Positions 29,566-32,000 of a stretch of DNA of 32,000 nt are shown here, in pieces. The stretch spans positions 6,837-38,836 of the forward strand of contig JBCBCI010000021.1 of the NCBI GenBank assembly GCA_038530755.1, written 5' to 3'. How positions within the stretch are numbered: position 1 is the first letter of the stretch; the number at the start of each line of letters is the position of its first letter. Both the position numbers and the translations under genes were made by a program. The notes below the pieces were generated by a model. The model was not told the origin of the DNA. It saw only the letters and a program-made list of their open reading frames with translations, and did no database searches. Source of the stretch: Cyanobacteria bacterium J06592_8. Lineage in GTDB: Bacteria; Cyanobacteriota; Cyanobacteriia; Cyanobacteriales; Microcoleaceae.

Positions 29566-29610
29566 CTTATGAGAACGCTATTAGAAAACGTATCTCAGCA
29601 AAATCGAGTC

Positions 29611-29760
29611 TTACTCGTGATTGATATCGCCGCCATCAGCGTCAGCGCTGTGCTGAGACTTAACAGTTTGACGAACCCCTTGAGGGATATCCCGAACTTC
29701 GATTTGAATTCGGCTAGGACGGTTAGATGCAGACGCAAAAGCTGTTGTAGGCTTAGTCAT
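29611..29760 (-). CDS. Small ORF, 49 aa, unknown function
   Basis: ATG at 29760-29758 with GGAG 5 nt upstream. Product: MTKPTTAFASASNRPSRIQIEVRDIPQGVRQTVKSQHSADADGGDINHE*. The ORF is locally more GC-rich than its AT-rich flanks. It is too short for the supplied ORF track, which lists only its plus-strand shadow (29569-29778). Confidence 0.35.
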   Translation of the reverse strand: MTKPTTAFASASNRPSRIQIEVRDIPQGVRQTVKSQHSADADGGDINHE

Positions 29761-29820
29761 AATATCTCCAAAAAGTAATGCACACCTGAATTCCGACTCA
29801 GAATAGCTCTGAATTTAGCT

Positions 29821-29867
29821 TGTTTCGGAAGACCGCTATACTCTATCCTATAGCAAGCCTCGAAACA
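29821..29867. repeat. 47-bp nested palindrome in the divergent intergenic region
   Basis: The outer arms are TGTTTCG (29821-29827) and CGAAACA (29861-29867). The inner palindrome is GCTATA-N8-TATAGC (29835-29854). Confidence 0.6.
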
Positions 29868-30305
29868 ACTATCAAAAACAATTCTTAATAAGATTATAGG
29901 ATCTTGATATAGATTTTGCAAGCAAACCCAGTCAAAAATAGCTGAAATGTCTTCTGGGAAAGGATTATAAGCTTTCAGACCATCTGAAGCTAGGCTTGTT
30001 TCTTGCTGTTAGATTGCATTAGGTTTCCTCAAGAATATCATTAAAAATTTTTATATAGTATTTTGAGAAAACTCTGAGCAGATAGAAATTATGCCTCCCC
30101 AGGAAAACAAAAGCTTGAGGGTGAACTGGACTTTTTCTCGAATGTCCAGACTCTCGGATTTACAGCTAAATAATTGCAGCAATGATGTCAAGATATGAGA
30201 CACTGAATAGGGGTTTGACGGGTTCGTAACAAGCCATCAAAATCTGGCTTAATGTCCCACCAATCCCATCTCCAAACCCTCAATTGTTCAAAGGAGTGTC
30301 CCAGA

Positions 30306-30737
30306 ATGTCTATTGAAACTCGACCCACAGAAGTGATTGATTTAACTATTAATAGTAAAGACAATTGCTATCTGATGAAAGATCATATTGAAGCGATTCA
30401 AAATACTGGCATCAAACAAGAATTAACAGCCGGAATTTGGGTAGCCCGTATTCGCAAGGGTTCTTTCGACTATGTGAAAGATGACCCTCAAGGTCAAAAA
30501 GGTGAACCCTTAGTTATCCTGTGGATTTATGGTGGAAAGTTCAAAAACCTCAAAACCAATAAAACCGTTCCGGCGGGTTGGTCAACTTTAAATGGCTTTG
30601 ATGATACGCTGACTCTCGCGGTTTCAGAACCCATTACTCTTTGTGCTTTCTTCTTTGATACTTATTTAAAAGACAATGAGGGAGATGTGACCGTTTCAGT
30701 TGTTAAAGTTGGTGAAGTCAGCGATATTGAAGAGTAA
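30306..30737 (+). CDS. Unknown-function protein, paralog A (143 aa from the preferred start)
   Basis: I prefer the ATG at 30306 (AAGGAG at 30291-30296) over the ATG at 30252, because the alignment with paralog B begins there. Shared motifs: RIR.GSF.Y, GEPLV..WIYGG.F.N.KTN, WSTLNG.DDT.TL.V, LCAFFFDT...DNEG.VT.SVVK. No signal peptide or TM helix. Confidence 0.7.
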   Translation: MSIETRPTEVIDLTINSKDNCYLMKDHIEAIQNTGIKQELTAGIWVARIRKGSFDYVKDDPQGQKGEPLVILWIYGGKFKNLKTNKTVPAGWSTLNGFDDTLTLAVSEPITLCAFFFDTYLKDNEGDVTVSVVKVGEVSDIEE

Positions 30738-30879
30738 TCTTTCTTTCGGGTTTTAAAACCAATTTGATCAAAATCAAGTTCTTTTATGGGTAAGCTTCTA
30801 ACTCTGTTGTTTAAATGGGTTAGGAGCTTTTAATTCAGACTGACATCAGCCCGAGAAATGAATAAAAGCTGACGCGGCA

Positions 30880-30919
30880 AGATTAAGAGGAAGTAAAACT
30901 TAAATTAAGAATGATTAAA
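30880..30919 (-). promoter_or_regulatory. Four tandem Pho-box-like 8-mers (candidate SphR binding array), read on the minus strand
   Basis: The minus strand reads TTTAATCA-tt-CTTAATTT-aag-TTTTACTT-cct-CTTAATCT. The matches to PyTTAAPyPy(T/A) are 8/8, 8/8, 7/8 and 8/8, with spacers of 2, 3 and 3 bp. The array lies between paralog A (stop 30737) and paralog B (start 31167). Confidence 0.5.
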
Positions 30920-31166
30920 ACTTGACAAATTCTTCAGGATCAGCACTAAGCCTAGTTATACATTATGCGATAACAATCTCTCCACTCCTCAAGTTCATCC
31001 CTCAACTCAAACAACTATGGCTGTATCTGGGTAGCAATTCAAAGACCACGAGCTCAGTAAAATGAAAAATTTTTTGTAGAGTAGATGCGAGCCTGCAACA
31101 GTTAGCTTACAATTTCAGGGTATTGCAAAGTGTTTAACACAATTACTCAGAACTAGGAGCAAAAAT

Positions 31167-31562
31167 ATGGAAGGTTGTGTAGTTACAGATTTAAAAGTTG
31201 ATAGCCGACAAAACTGCTTTGTGCTTGATGACGCAACCATGCAACGCATCCAGGAGGAAACTGCTGTCTCCACAACACTCGAACCGGGAACCTACATTGT
31301 TAGAATCCGGAGTGGTTCATTTAACTATCGTTCAAACGTCCCTCATCCCGGTGAACCCCTGGTAATGTTCTGGATCTATGGAGGTCGATTTATCAATAAG
31401 AAAACGAACATTGAAACCGAAGCCACCTGGTCAACTTTAAATGGAGATGACGATACTATCACCCTAGAAGTGCTACAAACCTGTCATCTTTGTGCTTTCT
31501 TCTTCGATACCCATATAGAAGATAACGAAGGAGAAGTCACGATCTCAGTCGTTAAAATTTAA
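31167..31562 (+). CDS. Unknown-function protein, paralog B (131 aa)
   Basis: ATG with AGGAG 7 nt upstream. It aligns with paralog A over essentially its whole length and lies 75 bp upstream of the PstS-family gene on the same strand. Confidence 0.75.
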   Translation: MEGCVVTDLKVDSRQNCFVLDDATMQRIQEETAVSTTLEPGTYIVRIRSGSFNYRSNVPHPGEPLVMFWIYGGRFINKKTNIETEATWSTLNGDDDTITLEVLQTCHLCAFFFDTHIEDNEGEVTISVVKI

Positions 31563-31637
31563 CCAGGTTAGACTGCTTCGACCGGAAAAATAGGTTCAAG
31601 AAAATTGACAATCATTCACCCATAGGACCCAAACACA

Positions 31638-32000
31638 ATGGCTCCCTCTCGTAAAGCATTACTTCAAATTCCAGCGGTGCTACTCACTTTAGCATTCACT
31701 TTAGGGCTCTTTACTGTTCCAGCTTTATCGTTTCTGAATCATCCGGCTGTCGCTCAATCGAGTTCAGAGCGTGCAGTCACTTTCAAAATCCCTGAATCCT
31801 TAGCTCAGGATACAACAGTTAAAGTGAACGGTTCGAGCAGTATGAGCGAACCGAACAAAGCCCTAGAGCAACGCTTTGAAAAGCGGTTTCCGGATGCAGA
31901 GGTCCAACTCTCAGCCACAGGAACTTCCGAAGCGTTAGAAAACCTAGAAGCTGGAAAACTCGATATTGCAGCGGTCGGACGTCCGTTAACCGAAGAGGAA
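31638..32000 (+). CDS. PstS-family (PBP_like_2) phosphate-binding protein, 3' end beyond the window
   Basis: The open frame runs from ATG 31638 to the window edge (121 codons). It is absent from the ORF track because it has no stop in the window. It has a signal-peptide-like N-terminus (LLQIPAVLLTLAFTLGLFTVPALS...AVAQ). This is followed by VKVNGSSSM....ALEQRFEKRFPDAEVQLSATGTSEALENLEAGKLDIAAVGRPLTEEE, matching the G-S-x-x pattern and the dIa...R.l..eE pattern of PstS-like proteins. Confidence 0.6.
   Translation, partial: MAPSRKALLQIPAVLLTLAFTLGLFTVPALSFLNHPAVAQSSSERAVTFKIPESLAQDTTVKVNGSSSMSEPNKALEQRFEKRFPDAEVQLSATGTSEALENLEAGKLDIAAVGRPLTEEE

Noticed and set aside
29569-29778. 69-aa plus-strand ORF from the ORF track
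   Set aside because: Its translation looks non-protein-like (Cys/Arg-rich tail) and it has no SD. The opposite strand carries a 49-aa ORF with GGAG at ideal spacing, and the downstream RNA structure is better on the minus strand. I therefore treat the plus-strand ORF as a shadow.
30922-30927. Perfect TTGACA hexamer next to the Pho-box-like array, considered as a -35 element for paralog B
   Set aside because: No acceptable -10 hexamer lies at 16-18 bp spacing downstream on the plus strand.

Overview
This window looks like chromosomal DNA from a cyanobacterium. That is an inference from the many copies of the HIP1 palindrome GCGATCGC (e.g. 3089-3096, 4689-4696, 7801-7808, 13049-13056), the Uma2- and Rpn-type genes, and the overall gene content. 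I support about 27 protein-coding genes or gene remnants. By eye I found no rRNA, tRNA, CRISPR array or intact IS element.

Three themes stand out.

1. Phosphorus acquisition. There is a two-domain PPK2 (7721-9202). There is a ptxABCD phosphite uptake and oxidation operon (15300-19147) preceded by Pho-box-like repeats and followed, 8 bp later, by a SAM methyltransferase. At the right edge a PstS-family gene (31638->32000) is preceded by two paralogous proteins of unrecognised family (30306-30737 and 31167-31562). Between those two paralogs lies a four-unit tandem array that matches the cyanobacterial SphR Pho-box consensus almost perfectly (30880-30919). I consider this right-edge module the best candidate for something undescribed.

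2. An AT-rich accessory islet (about 10.98-15.06 kb) made largely of gene wreckage. It holds a histidine-kinase 3' fragment abutting a csm2-like (type III CRISPR small subunit) pseudogene, a Uma2 nuclease, a split hypothetical ORF, an N-terminally short CARF-like orphan, an Rpn-family nuclease, an orphan terminator and a startless RHH ORF.

3. Housekeeping and regulatory genes. These are a large hybrid sensor kinase, ribBA, an SPFH protein, a DUF218 protein, tandem mgtE paralogs, icd, an ArgRS-like DALR protein, a Crp-family regulator and a GNAT.

There is also a minus-strand string of a 49-aa ORF, a structured RNA element, a JmjC/cupin-4 oxygenase and a sucrase-ferredoxin-like protein.

All functional calls rest on motif recognition by eye. 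No database search was run.
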